In this document: one piece after another, positions 23,227-36,084 of the stretch
How the letters are laid out: the number at the start of each line of letters is the position of its first letter
Position numbering within the stretch: position 1 is the stretch's first letter
Source: Cyanophora paradoxa CCMP329
Taxonomy: Eukaryota; Plantae; Glaucophyta
Direction of reading: 5' to 3'
DNA: 64,000 nucleotides
NCBI GenBank assembly: GCA_004431415.1
Contig: QPMI01000649.1
Span: 62,001 to 126,000 of the forward strand
Notes under the pieces: model-generated
The model's database searches: none
The model's input: the letters and a program-made list of their open reading frames with translations, nothing else
Told to the model about the DNA's origin: nothing
Made by a program: the position numbers and the translations under genes

Positions 23227-26200
23227 ATGAGCCAGCCAACGGAAGCGGGCAAAGGCCCGCCGGTGCTGGTTGCGCTCTGCGAGGTCCGCATTATCCCCGC
23301 TGTCCTAGTGCCCCTCCAGCGGGGGTTCGGGCGTAGCGGGCTGTGTCGACGGGATCAGCCCGATCTAGTGCGGTACTCAGGCAGCTGCCGTCCCCCCCGC
23401 GGGACGAGCGGGTCGCGCCGCACGCACGCAGCTTGCGGTTTGCCCCACAGAAGCTGAGCCCCACGCTCAGTGGGACCTTTCCCGAACCCTAGCACATCCG
23501 CCCCACCCGCACTCCTGACGGGCTGCGGCGGAACCCTCCGATTCTGCTGGCCCTATGGCTTGCGCGGCTGACGCAGGCCCCGCCGCAGGAGCTTAACTGT
23601 GCCATATGCCTTGATTACTTCAACGATCCACGAAGCCTTGCTTGCGGGTTCGAAGACGCGCCGCCCGCCGCCGCCCGCAGCGCCCGCTGACCCGCCCACG
23701 CGACTCGGTCGTCGCAGGCACTCGTTCTGCACAACGTGCGTGCGGGGGCTGGTGCACGGGAAGCTCGTGCAGTGCCCGCAGTGCCGCAAGATCACCACGC
23801 TGGGCCAGAGCGGGCTCGCGAGCCTCCCAAAGAACCACGTGGTCCAGAACATCGTCACCAAGATCAAGGAGACTCAGCGCAAATGCGGTGCACGGCCCGG
23901 CCCTCAGAGGATGTGCCTCTCGCTTACGGACGCGTGCGCGGCGCCGGCAGAGCGCTGCGCGTCGGTGCCCTCGAGCGTCCGGTGCCACGAGTGCCTCAAG
24001 CTGCTCTGCGACACGTGCAGCATGAAGATACACCGGTGCGCGCGGCCGATCGCCCGCCCGCCCACCCGCCCGCCCGGCGGCGGCGCCCGCTCCGCGCCGG
24101 GCCGCACGGCCGATCCGCCGCCGGCAGGCTGCGGGACCTGACCCGCCACAATGTCGAGAAGCTCGTAGCCGGTGGCAAGGTCGTACCCTGGGTCCGCCCT
24201 TCCCATTTCCCCGCATCATCCCGCCCCCCGAGCCTCAACGCGCGGGCCCCCTCGCAGCGGCAAGCGTGCCGCAAGCACCTGGAGAAGCGAATCAAGTACT
24301 TCTGCGAGACGGACGGGACCCCGGCCTGCTCCGAATGCGTAGCCGCCCACTTCGGCCACCAGTATTTCGTCCTCGGGGTGCGCGGCCTCGGCTGCTTCAC
24401 TTCCTTTCTGTGTACCGGGGATGGATCGAGCGCTTGGCCCCCGCAGGACGCCGCGGCGCGCGCGCGTGCGGCGCTGGGGGGTATCGTCAAGTCCGCCCAC
24501 GACGTCATCGGACAGGCGAGCGCGCCGGGCGTAGCGCGCCGAAGCCCTCCCTCGCGGGCTCACCGTACCCCCCGCCCCGCAGCTCGAGGTTGCGATGGAG
24601 GCCCTTAGGCTCGCGGCATCGCGAACGAAGGGCGTCACGAAGACGCCCCCGCCCCCCCGGCCCGACGTGAGGCGTACCCCTGCCTCTCCGTCCTCCCGCG
24701 ACCAACCGGGTACCCTCCCTCCGCAGGGTCAGCAGGACCCCAGCCTGTACGAGCGCGGTGCGCTCCCCTCTGCGGCGTTCGGCTTCCAATTCGCGCGTTG
24801 AGCCAGTGCCTCGCATTGCAGCCAAGCTCCTGCACAAGTCGATGCACTCCCTGCACACGCGCCTCGTTCGCTACTGCCGGGTACGCCCTCTCTTCCCTCT
24901 CGGCACCATGTACCCCAACGCCTTCCGGTGACGCTACCCGTGCCGCAGTCGGTGGCGAAAGAGGCGGACGAGCTCGAGGTCCTCAGGCTCCGGGGGGAGC
25001 TCGTCTCCCTCGTCAACGTACCCCCCCGCCCTTCCCCGTACCCCGGCCCGGCACGCGAGCGACGTGTACCCCTCGCGCAGGGCGAGGTCGTCCACGTGGC
25101 GCTCAGCGAGTCGGCGGACCTCGTGGTCGACATGAACGCTCAGGCGAGCGCTCCCCCGCCCCGCCTCAAGCCCCGCGCCGACTGACCTCGCCACCCGCAG
25201 CTCGCGTCGGCGCTCGCGGCGGCCGCGCCAGCGGCGGCGGCGGCGGCGGCGGCGGAGGGCGGGAGCGCGGAGGGCGCCGAGCAGCTGGGCGACACGGCGG
25301 GGGAGGGGGAGGGGCGGGCGCGGCCGAGGCGGCCGGCGGCGGCGAGGGCCGGCGGCGGACGAGGCCGGGCGCCCGCCGAGCGGCCCGCCGCGCGCCGTCC
25401 GCTCGCGGCGCCCTCGGTCCCCACGGTCCAGCTCGAGGCACCGCCGGACGAGGGCGCCGCCGGCGCCGGCGCCGGCGCCGGGGGGGCAGAGGAAGCGGAG
25501 GGGCGCACGGCGAGCGAGCGGGAGCGCGGGCTCTACGCCTCGGCCCTCGCGCAGGCAGCCACCGCCATATCCCCCGGGTCCGTCCAGCCCCCTCGCCTTG
25601 CCTTCCCGTCTGTTCCGTTCTGAGCGGGGCGGGGCGGGCAGGTCGGCCCGGAGCCAGGGCGGCTTCGACACGGAGGAGGACGCCGATTCCGTCCAGGTCC
25701 CCCCGTCCCCTGCCCCGGCCCCGGCCCCCGACCCCCGGCCCCGTTTCCGACCGCCGCCGCCGCCGCCCCTGCGCAGGAGGAGGCGGACGTGGAGGACGAG
25801 GCTGGCGGGTCGGTGCGCGACGGCATGCTGCGAGCCTCTCAGGCCAGCCCGGGGCCCTCGCCGCTCCGCCAGCCGCCCCACCCCGCCCAGGTCCGCCCTA
25901 CCCCCCCCCCCCCCCCCCCCCCCCCTTCCCTTCTCAGTTGTTCGTGCTCGTCGGTCAGGCGCGGCGGAGCGCGAGCCGCCGGCGCTCGAGCGGCGAGGCG
26001 AGCGCGAGCGGGGCGCCACCGAGGCAAAGGGCCCGCCCGAGGGCCCCGCCGCCGCAGGCGAGGCTGCCGGGCCGTCCTCGCCGGGCCCCGCCGAGGGCGC
26101 CGCCGGGGCGGGGCGGGGGCGGACGCGGACGCCGAGGGCGAGCTCACCGCCGAGCTCTGCGAGGTCCGCCCTCTGCGCCCTTGGCGCCGGCGCTCGGCTG

Positions 26201-29200
26201 ACCGGGCGGCAGCTGCTGGGGGGCGAGGGGGCGAGGATGCCCCCAACCCCGAGGGCGGCGCCGGCCTCGCCGCGCTGGGCGCCGCCGCCCCGCGCCCCGC
26301 CAACGGCGCCACCGCCCCCGCCGCCCCGGCCTCCGTCACCTCGCTCGCCCCCGCCCGCCGCCCGCCCGCCCCGCCCCGCCCGCCGCGGCCGCCGCGGCCG
26401 CCGGGCCGGTTTCGGGCGAGCGCGAGCCGCCGTCGCCAGAGGCCGGGCCCGCCGTCTCCCCGGGCCCGGGCAGGGCCGCCCCCCTCCATAGGGGACATCG
26501 AGGCCCTCCCTTCGTTCGCCCTGCCCGTCCGCCAGCCCCCCTCGCCATCGCCCGTACCCCTCGAGGCCGGCCCCGAGCCCGAGCCCGAGCCCGAGCGTGA
26601 GGCGAAAGCCGAGTCCGAGCCGGGAGGGCGCCTCAAGGCGGGCGGGGCGGGGCCCTCGGGCCCCCTGGAGCCCCCCGCGCCCTCCCCCGGCGTCGTCTCC
26701 TCCCCCGCATCCTCCGCGGCCTCGTCCCCCGCCTCCGCCTCCTCCTCCTCGGGGGCAGCCCGCGCGGTACCCCCCAGGCCGGGCCCTCCCGCTCCCCGCC
26801 CCTCCCGCCGCCCGCACGCCCTCGCCCGCCCTGCCCGCCGCCGAGCGGGGCCCCTCCCGGCCCCGCCCCGGCCCGCCCTCCCCGCAGCCCCTCGAGCCCT
26901 CGCCCTCCCGCACCCCGCCGCCGCCTCGGGCTCCAGCTCCTCGGTAACCCCCCGCAGCAGTCGCCGGCCCATCTCGACGCCGCGCCGGCCCCCGCGGCAG
27001 CGAAGGCCTCTCCCCCGGCGCCTCCCTCCGCGGCCCCTCCGGCCGGTCTGCCCCGGGCTTCCTCCGCCTCCGCGTCCCATGGGCCCCCTCCCACTCCGCT
27101 GCGGCCGCCCCTGCCCCGGCTGCAGTCGCCCCAGCAACGGCGTCCGCCCCCGCCGCAGCGCCTGCAGCCGCCCCCCACGTCCACGCCCATGCGCCCGCGC
27201 GGGCCGCTGCGGCCCGGCCGCCCGCTCCGGCTCCTGACCCGGCCCCGGCCCCGGCCCTGGCCCCGGCCCCGGCCTCTGCCCCTGCACCAGCCCCGGCCCC
27301 AGTCTCGGCTCCGGTCCCGGCCCCGGCCCAGGCTTCTGCGCGAGCCGCCGCCGCCGCCCCCGCCTCGGCCCCCGCCCCTTCGGAAGGGCCGGCGCCCGCC
27401 GCGGCCCCGGCCCCCGCCGCGGCCCCGGTCGCCGCCGCGTCCCCGGCTCCGGCGCCCTCCCAAGCGCCTTCTCAGCCCCCGGCGCCAGCTACGGCCACCG
27501 CCCCCGCTCCAGCCCAATCCCAGCCCGCCGCGGCACCGGCTGTCGCTGCAGCACCCGCCGCGGCCGCTGCTGCTGCTGCGGCGTCGGGGCCGGCGGCTGC
27601 TGCGCGGGGCGCGGGGCGGCGGCGGCAGTGGGACGTGCGGCGGCTCCACCTGACCCTCGAGATGGTCGCCCACGAATCCCCCGTCACCGCCGTCGGTCCG
27701 CCCTCCAGCCCCCTGTCTTCTTCTTCTTCGTCGCTGAGCCGAGCCGCCCGCCCGCCCGCCCGCTCGCCCGCTCGGCCGCAGCTGTCGCGCCGCACGGGGC
27801 GGCGGCGTCCCCCGCGCAGACCTCGGCCCCCGCCGCCGCCGCCGCCGGCTCGGGACTGGGGCAGCTCTACTCCGGCGCCGCCGACGGCACCGTCTCGGTG
27901 AGGGAGCTAACAAACTAATCTCCGTAGATAGCCGTTAGCCAACCGAAAGAGATAAAAAAGCGGCGCGCTGCATACAGCACGCACCCGCTCGCTCGCTCGG
28001 TCGCGCCGCCCCGCGCCCTCTCCCATTCGTCCGATCCCCCCGCTCAGCTAGCTCCCCGCGCGCGCTCAGGTGTGGGACGTGAGCCAGCTCGCGGGGGGGC
28101 CAGCCGCCGTCCTCGAGGGCCACTCGCGCCCCGTCCGCGCCCTCGCCCTCGCCCAGGCCCCCAACCGCTCCAGGTTGGCCCCGCCCCGCCCCCGCTCCCA
28201 TTCCCCGCCCCGCCTCGTCGCTTCCGAGACGAATGCCCGCGCGCCCGCCCGCAGCCCGCTGCTCTTCTCGGCCTCGGCGGACCGCACCGTCCGCGCCTGG
28301 GGCGGCGGCAAGCCCCTCAAAAAGGCGAGGACCGAGAGCGCGGGGCGCCGTCCCCGCCGGGCGCCTGCCTGCTGAGCCTCGGACAGCTGGAGGGCCACGC
28401 GGGGGACGTGAACGGGCTCGCCCTCACCCCCGACTTCCTCTTCTCAGCCTCCCACGACGCCACAGTCAAGGCACGGCGCCCGCCCGCCCGCCCCCTCGGC
28501 CGCGCTCGGAGCTCCCCCGCTGAGGTCCCTTGCTTCCGTCAGGTGTGGGACCTGCAGACGCTCTCGGCGGTGAACAGCCTCCCCGCCCACTCCGATTTCG
28601 TCCGGTCCGCCCCGCCCCGCCCTCCACCCCGCCCTCCGCCCCGCCCCGCCCTAAGGGGGCCGGGCCGGCGGCAGGTGCGTGGCGGTCTCGGCGGACGGGA
28701 TCCTCTTCTCCGGCGGCTGCGACAACTTCGTCAAGGTTCGAATCCGCTCGCTCGCGCCTCCCTGCGCGCGCGCGGCTCCCGGCCCTTGTCGGATCCGACC
28801 CGCCCCTCGACCCCCGCGCAGGCGTGGGACATGCGCTCCTGCGCCTGCATCCACACGCTCCAGGTGCGCCGGGCGGGCCCCGCCCTCCCGCCCCTCCCGC
28901 GCCGAGCGGCCGGTAGGGCCACGCCTCCCCGATCCACGGCCTCGTCGTCCACAACGGCTTCCTCTTCTCCGCCTCCGCCGACGCCTCCGTCAAGGCCCGC
29001 CCGCCACCCTCTCTCTCGGACGAGAGCGGCGCTGCGTTCTCACGCCTCGGGGGGCTCGCAGGTGTGGGACCTGAAGACCTTCGGTCAGGTCCGCGCCACG
29101 AGCCGGCCGCGTCCTGCCCCCCTCCCTCGCTCGCTCGCGAGCGAGCGACCGTCCTGAGCGCCGCGCCGGCGCGCGGGCGGGCGCAGGTCTACACGCTGAC

Positions 29201-29567
29201 GGGCCACAAGGACACGGTGCACGCCCTCGCCGCCGTCGACTCCGGCTCCCTCCTCTTCTCTGCCTCTTGGGACGGCTCGGTGCGCGGCGCGGCGCGGCGC
29301 GGCGCGGCGCGGCGCGGCGCGGCGCGGGTCCCCCGCGGTGCGAGCTCGAGCGGGGCGGGGCGGGGCAGGTGCGGGCGTGGGACGTGCGCTCGCTCCTCTG
29401 CGTCAACGTGCTCCAGGACCGGTGCGCGGGGGGCGGGCGCCCGACGCGAAGGGGGCTCACGGGGCCCCTCGGCGCCGCGCAGGAGCTTCGGACAGGCGAG
29501 CATCGCGGCAGTGGATGGGTCCCTCGTCACGGGCGCCGGCGACGGCTCCCTCCGGATCTGGTGCTGA
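23227..29567 (+). CDS. TRIM-like RING/B-box/B-box/coiled-coil protein with C-terminal WD40 propeller (putative E3 ligase)
   Basis: [28 protein letters not shown]...CPQCR (RING-HC); CERC...CHECLKLLCDTC...H and CRKH...YFCETD...CSEC...H (B-boxes); Pro/Ala linker; about seven WD repeats (GH...LFSAS.D.TVKVWD) from about 27630 to the stop. Confidence 0.85.
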
Positions 29568-30524
29568 GCGCGCCCCGCCGCCCCTCGCGAGCCGCAGGCC
29601 CGCGCGACGGCATTATTACTATGTAAAGCACTTGATTACATTTATTAGTGATAGAGGAATTAAGTAGTTTGTACGTAACTGCTATTGCATTACATCACAT
29701 GTAAGACAAATTCGAATTCATGGTCACAAATCAAAAAGAGACTATATAAATATTAATATATTTATGAAGACGATCACATGCCCGCGGCCGCTGAGCGGCG
29801 CTAGCACATGCATATCATAGTATGTATTCTCAAGGAGGATCACGGACTCGGCGGACTCTCGGACCGTCTCCGGTCCAGTCTCCGAGCTAGAGAGTCGACG
29901 TCCGGCTGCAGCCTGCAGCTCAGTGCAGCTGTTACAAGCTTAAGTTCATTTAGTGTTACATGCACACGGCCGCGGCCGCCGGCCGGGTATTTGCCAAGTG
30001 GCCTTGGCATGGCCGGGTACCGGTATTAGCCAAGAAGCCCTAGTAGCTAGGCTAGTAGCTAGGCGGGTACTACCGTGGTACGCGGGATACAGTATGCAGT
30101 ACGTACCACGTACTATAGTACCGTAGTACTTTAGTGGTACTAGCACTGATCCGATCACTCTGAAATGAGTCTGAATCGGATCGACTGGCACTCCTAGTAC
30201 TTTGTATCCGAGCGTCTAGGAGGCTAGGAGACTCGCGGCGCGATATATATATACAGTCACTAAGTATCGAATCTACTATCGAGTCCGGGAATCGCAAAAA
30301 AAGAACCACTGGTACTAGGCGCCGGGTTGTGGCTACTTAGTACTTAGTACTTCTAACTAAGTAACAAGTTGAGCTCGAGGTAGTACGGAGGTACCCGCCG
30401 GGCCGCGACACTTCGGATCGGAGGTACCTTGTACAACGATCCCGTCGCGAATTCGAATGCTGTCCTGTGGTGATGTTCGGCGGGTGTTTATTTAGACGTT
30501 TACCCACCCACCGTGAAAGACGTG

Positions 30525-31028
30525 CAGTGATGTCATCATAATAGGTCCCCCAAAATCGTCATCATTATCACATCATTATCACCATCATGATGATCATTTT
30601 GATATCACAGGGAAGGGGGTACGGACGCGTCATCAGACACCTCAGTGCCCTTTCTGCGCTGTAGAACCTGCTGTTTTGGAGCAGAATCGTGTTTTTAAGC
30701 ATACCAATGCTGGATTAAAGCATCTGGGGGTCCAAATGACAAGAGATCATGAGAAATCCACCCAGGGTGACGACCTGGGGGTACATGCATAGTACTGCCG
30801 AGGCGGCCAGAGGCTCTCCAGAGCCTCGAATAACATTCTTAACATTACCAGAAGCTGTTGATGTGTGATATAGCACTGTACAGAGCACTTGGAAAGGCGA
30901 AAGACGCGAGTTGAGGGGTCGTGATGTCACCATTATGATGAGCGTGATAGAGGGGGGTCCCGTATCATGATATCAAAATGTGATATCACATCATTATCAT
31001 TTTTATCATTATCATGATGCCATCACTG
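30525..31028. mobile_element. Non-autonomous hAT-type element (MITE), 504 bp
   Basis: TIRs CAGTGATG(T/G)CATCAT, a perfect 8-bp TSD AAGACGTG at 30517-30524 and 31029-31036, and subterminal ATCAT/TGATATCA arrays. Confidence 0.92.
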
Positions 31029-31559
31029 AAGACGTGCATGCATGTATGATGTATGCTAGCGCTAGCGCTGGCCGCTCGATTCAGAATACCCCTTTCAGAC
31101 ACAGTTAATTTGACGAGCTAGTGGGTTACCCTAACTTTGTACCCATCCAAACTTGTGATAGTACATCAAAGTATACGTATGTGCGACGCCGCCGACGCGG
31201 CGAATCGCGATCGATCCAAAGCCGATCGATCCCCGTCGTCTGGTACTGCTGTCTAAGAGCCTGCTGGCCCTCTAGATCTACTACCGTAGTACTAGACTAC
31301 TAGTACTTCAGTGACGTGTGAGTCGGTGTGACTACTACACTGACTAGTAGTAGTCCCGTGACTCCCGTCACTCCCGTGTGACTAGTAGTACACCGATATA
31401 TATATAATTAATCGTGATGATAACCGGCCGCGCCCCGCGGCGGGCCGCCGGCCCGGCGGGCCGCGCGCCGCGGCGCGCGGCGCCGGCGCCCGGCGGCCGT
31501 TCGTAATAACTCCCGGAAGGCCGGATCCGGAGCTCGAGTCCGAATCATGAATTTACGTA

Positions 31560-31810
31560 CTGTAAACGTAGAAATTTTCGTCGAGACTTAATTTCGACAA
31601 AACCCGAAAACCGTGACGAAAATATATATATATATATGGTTCGACAGCATCATATTTTCGTCAGCCCCAGGATCCGGCCATAGACGGGTCAGCCGTTAGT
31701 ACCCCTCTTCATACAAAATTTCAGTTCAAGAGTATCAAATATTCGTCAAAGTGCAGGTCTGACGAACATAGACGAAATAAAGACGCTGTCGAAGATTCCT
31801 ACGTTTACAG
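31560..31810. mobile_element. Tc1/mariner-type (Stowaway-like) MITE, 251 bp
   Basis: TIRs CTGTAAACGTAG(A/G)AAT(T/C)TTCG flanked by TA on both sides (31558-59, 31811-12), with internal GACGAA/TTCGTC motifs. Confidence 0.88.
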
Positions 31811-32821
31811 TACGCGCGTACCGTACTATACTATGATACCGGTAGTAGCTACGGTAAAACTTCGTATCATAGCTATAGTGCTGCTGCGCCAGCCTGCTGG
31901 TATAGCCTTGAGTCCCTTGACTCACTTAAGTTAGTAGCCGCGCGCGGCCCGCGGCGCGGGCCGGCCCGGCCGGCCGCCCTGGTATAGGCCCAGGGCTGCA
32001 GCCTGCAGCTGCCGACTCGGCGACGCCGTGACGGCCGGTCTTAGGCGGTCTAAGCCTTGAAGCGCGCGACCGTGGGCCCTCTGGGTCTGATCAGCAGCTG
32101 CAGATTCATCGCCGAGTCGGATATCAACTTGGCAATACAAGCTTAAGAGCGCGCGAGCCCACCGCGGCATGCGTAGTTATCAGGCCCCACGCGGCCACAA
32201 CCCCTGGGTATTTGCGCATGCATCGCTTCCAGGCTCCATGATCCAGGCCTAGGGTCGCTTCCACTCAGCGCTGAGCCGCTGAGCGCCGCTTTATTTCCGA
32301 AGGCGAGCGTGTGCCTTCTGTAGTAGTGCAGGCGGCAAGCTCGATACGCATATATATATATACGCCGGCGCCACCGACGCCACCCAAAAACAAACGGCTC
32401 CTTGGGATTCGGGACGCGTGTGCCACGCGTTACCGTGGCCGCGGCCCGCCTGCAGAGTTTCATACTCAGCTACATTTGCGAATTAAGGTGAGCTCCCATA
32501 ATTTCTCCTTGAAAGCTTCAGTGTACATTCTTCATCTTATGCTGTACATGAATCTCGAAATGTGACATACCAGCAGCTCGTACCATCACCCTCGTTCAGA
32601 CCCGTTCGTTCGCTATCGAATGGTGGCTTCCATGCAGACCGTACCAGAGCCCGACTTCATTCTCGTCCAAAGGCTTGCCAGGAAAGTCGAGCACTGTTGC
32701 AGGTCTGTTTTGCACTTGTACTGTAAACCGTAATTATTCTTTAGGCTAACAGAGGACACGGATACGACGGGCAGCCCGAGTCTCCAGCTCTTCTCACCGG
32801 TTCCCTACATCACCACCAGAA

Positions 32822-35800
32822 ATGAATGGGGGAGGCCGGTCTGCATCCACGAGAGGTGCGTTGAACTTTTCGAATTCGCTCCACGACATCTCAGCTGTTG
32901 ACATCTATCACGGTCGGGCCTTCAGAGTGTACAAAAGCAGGAAGGTTTGTGAATTTCCCTATGTGCACATTTTTGGATGTGAAAGTCACCAATGGCGTTT
33001 TTTTCATTCCAGTATCGCTTGCGGATCGCACCGGGCGCGGATCGACCGAAATGGATCGGCAAAGAGCTGAATTTGGAGCTCAGTCGAGGCGGTGCGCGCT
33101 TGGGCCAGCTAGCTGTTCTGATTCGCACACGAGTGTCGCCTCTTTCCGGCTTCCGCGCTCATATGATCAGGGTCTCCCGCCATGTAGACTCGTCTCTAAT
33201 CAGCCCACATGTATATATATATACCACGCTTCCCATCGCTGAGGGCTTACTTGCATTCCTACCGTCCCCGCAGATGGCGGGGGCGCCTGCCACTCGAACT
33301 GCTGCGGAAAGGCCGTCCAGTTCCCGTTTCGGGACGAGCGCGGCGTTGGGTCCGACCGCTTCGTCTCCACGGTCGACCGCTTCGGGGAGACGGTGCGAAA
33401 TCTCTTGCGCCTCGGGCTTCTGGATTGAAACTGCTCAAAGCCTTCGATTATTTAAATAATGAGAACTTAATCTAGCATTCTTCTGTGAGCTCACTCGCGC
33501 TCCAGGGGTCATTCAGCCTCTCGGCGTGCCGCAACTGCCACCGCTCTGCCTGGCTCCAGCTGCGGGTAACCTGCCCCGCCGAGTCCGAGGCGGAGCAGCC
33601 CATCTGCAGCATTCGGATGCAGATCTTCTCCCGGCCCCTTCCCAGCCACACGTCGGCAGAGCAGGGCCCGGGCGGCCCCAGCGTGGAGCAGGAGTGCAGT
33701 GACCCTGACTCTGAGTCGGGCGAGAGCAGCCCGAGGGCATCGAAGCACAGGGCCCGTAGTCGCCGCAACAGCCTCGACGGCGCCGGACCGGCGCCGGGCG
33801 GCCGAGACGCCCGCCTCGCTGGCGGCTCGAGCCCGCGGGAAAACCGCCAGCGCTCTGCAACGGCGTCCTCGCAGCTTTCGTTGGCACCAGCAGCGCAGCG
33901 CGACGCGCGCCGCTCGCACGAGCTCGAGTCCAGCCGCCATCGGAGCTCGAACTCGAGCCTGCCGGCGCACCACGCGGCCGGACGCCGCGACCAGCTGCAG
34001 CTGCAGCCGGACGCCAACGCCCAGCATCACGCGGCTGCAGCGCTCAAACGGAACGGGGCGACGTCGGCGCTGCTGCAGCTGCGCTCGCAGCCGGCGGGCG
34101 CAGCCCCCGAGGCTCGCCCAGCCGCCGGCGGCGAGCCGGCATACAACGGCTACGGCGGCCCGTACGCCCACGGGCAGCAGCACGGACCGGCGCACGGCCA
34201 GGGCTATTGGCAGCACCCCCAGCAGGCCCCGCAGCACCCGCACCCCCAGCAGCAGCCTCAGGCGTACCCCAACCACTGGGAGTCGTCCCAGCAGGGGTAC
34301 CCGCCCCATCAGTCATTCCCGCCCCAGCAAACCCATCAGTCATTCCCGCCCCAGCAAACCCAGCAGGAGTACCCGCCCCAGCCAGCCCAGCAGGGGTACC
34401 CGCCCCAGCCAGCCCAGCAGGGGTACCCGCCCCAGCCAGCCCAGCAGGGTTACCCGCCCCAGCAGGGGTACCCGCCCCAGCAGGGGTACTCGTCCCATCA
34501 GGGGTACCCGGTCCAGCAGGGGTACTCGTCCCAGCAGGGGTACTCGTCCCAGCAGGGGTACCCGGCCCAGCAGACGTACTCGGCCCAGCAGACGTACTCG
34601 GCCCAGCAGACGTACCCGACTCAGCAAGGTTACCCGACTGCGGCTCAGCAGGGATATTCTGCCCAGCAAGGGTACGCGTCCCAGCAGGCGCACCCGGCTC
34701 AGCAGGCGTACCCGCCCCAGCAGACGCATCCATCCCAGCAGGTGTACACGCCCCAACAGGCGTACCCGCCCCAACAGGGGTACCCGGCCCAGCAGCAGTA
34801 CCCGGCGCAGCAGGAGTACCCGGCCCAGCAGGGGTACCCGCCCCAGCAGACCACGCAAGGGTACCCGCCCCAGCAGGGGTACTCGGGTCCAGGGCACGCC
34901 CCGGCTCAGAGCCCTTACCCTCCTCAGCCGAGCTACCCGGCGGCCAGCGCCTACCCCACCACCTCGCAGCCGGCGCCCCCGCCGGAGCCGGCACCGTACC
35001 CGTCGACGAACACGACGCCGTATTCGCCCTACCCCTCTGCCCGCGACCCTTCGAATCCGCCCTCGCACGGCCACCCGTGGCCCTCTCCCACCGCCCCAGC
35101 CATCAGTGGTCAGCAGCAGCAGCCGCAGCCGCAGCAGCCCGCCCCGTACCCCCCGGCGCACGCTGCCCCGCCGCCTCCCCCACCTGCCCATCATGGCTAC
35201 CAGCAGCACCAGCCGCCGCCGCCGCCGTCGCCGTACCCTCCCCAAACCTCGGGCCCCGCCCACCCATCCCAGCACAACGGCCAGCACGCGCAGTGGCAGG
35301 CGGCTCCGCCCCCGGCCCCGGCCCCGCCCCCGCCACTGCCGGCCCGGGCCGCCCGGCCTCCCTCCAGCGCGCAGGGCCCCGCGGCGCCGCGGGCGGCGGC
35401 GGAGCGGCTCCTGCTCGAGGCCTCCTCAGCCGGGGGCGCCCTGCTGCAGGGGGCCCTGGACGTCCCCCCGGGCACGGCACGGGGGCCAGCGGGGGCGGCG
35501 GCCCCGCGCACCGCACCGCCTTCCCCCGCACCTCCTCCTCCGGCTCCTCCGGCTCCAGCGGCGCCGCCGCCCCGCGCCCGCGCCCGCGCCCGCCGCCGCC
35601 GCCGCCGCCGCCGCCGCCCCGCGCCGAGGCGGAGGCGGCGAGGCGCGAGACGAAGAAGAAGAAGAGGGGGCCGCCGCCCCCCGGCGTGACCGGTGGGCCC
35701 CCTCCTCGAGCCCGCCGCCCCCCGTCTCCCCCTCCGCTCTCTGACGGGGACGGGGCGCGCGCAGCTGCCGTCGGCGCAGAGCCGGACCCGATGCCGCGGG

Positions 35801-36084
35801 GGCGGGCCGAGGGGGAGAGCGCCAGCCCCCCTCTCAAGCGGCCCAAGGCCTGGCTCACGAACATCCTTCAGTCCGACGCCGCCCGAGGCCCGAGGCCCGA
35901 CGCCGCCGCTGGCGGCGGCTGCGGGTACGAGGAGGAGGCGCGCCTCGATATCGAGGCCCCAAAATGGCAGGCGGCGCCGGCCGCGGCCCCCGCCGCGTGC
36001 GCTAGCGTCGCTCCGGCGGGCGCCGGCGCCGCCAGGACCTGGGCTCCCACGCCTTGCGCTTCGAGGGCAGCCAGCGCGCGCTGA
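32822..36084 (+). CDS. Hypothetical protein with Cys/His-containing N-terminal domain, long PQQGY low-complexity region and basic NLS-like C-terminus
   Basis: Spliced N-terminus [21 protein letters not shown]...[13 protein letters not shown]...[16 protein letters not shown], a long exon within ORF 33485-35689, and C-terminal KKKKR and PLKRPK in a second frame (intron or sequencing indel near 35500-35600). Confidence 0.7.
34290..34885 (+). repeat. Coding minisatellite, 18/27-bp units encoding (P/S)(P/A/S)QQGY
   Basis: Tandem CAGCAGGGGTACCCGCCC-like units; peptide [16 protein letters not shown]. Confidence 0.9.

Noticed and set aside
24820-25143. SH3-like pattern AKLLH...AKEADELEV...GEVVHV
   Set aside because: Frame-consistent splicing inserts KSMHSLHTRLVRYCR and LRGELVSLVN, giving a helical coiled coil with no SH3 Trp motif.
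25790-27630. Apparent frame shifts in Pro/Ala-rich exons (also near 14000-14400 and 35500-35640) as programmed frameshifting or pseudogenisation
   Set aside because: They lie in C/G homopolymer-rich DNA where small introns or sequencing indels are the simpler explanation.
30136-30318. GGTACTAG direct repeat as the TSD of a 167-bp element
   Set aside because: No terminal inverted repeat, and GTACTAG-like words are abundant locally, so the match may be chance.
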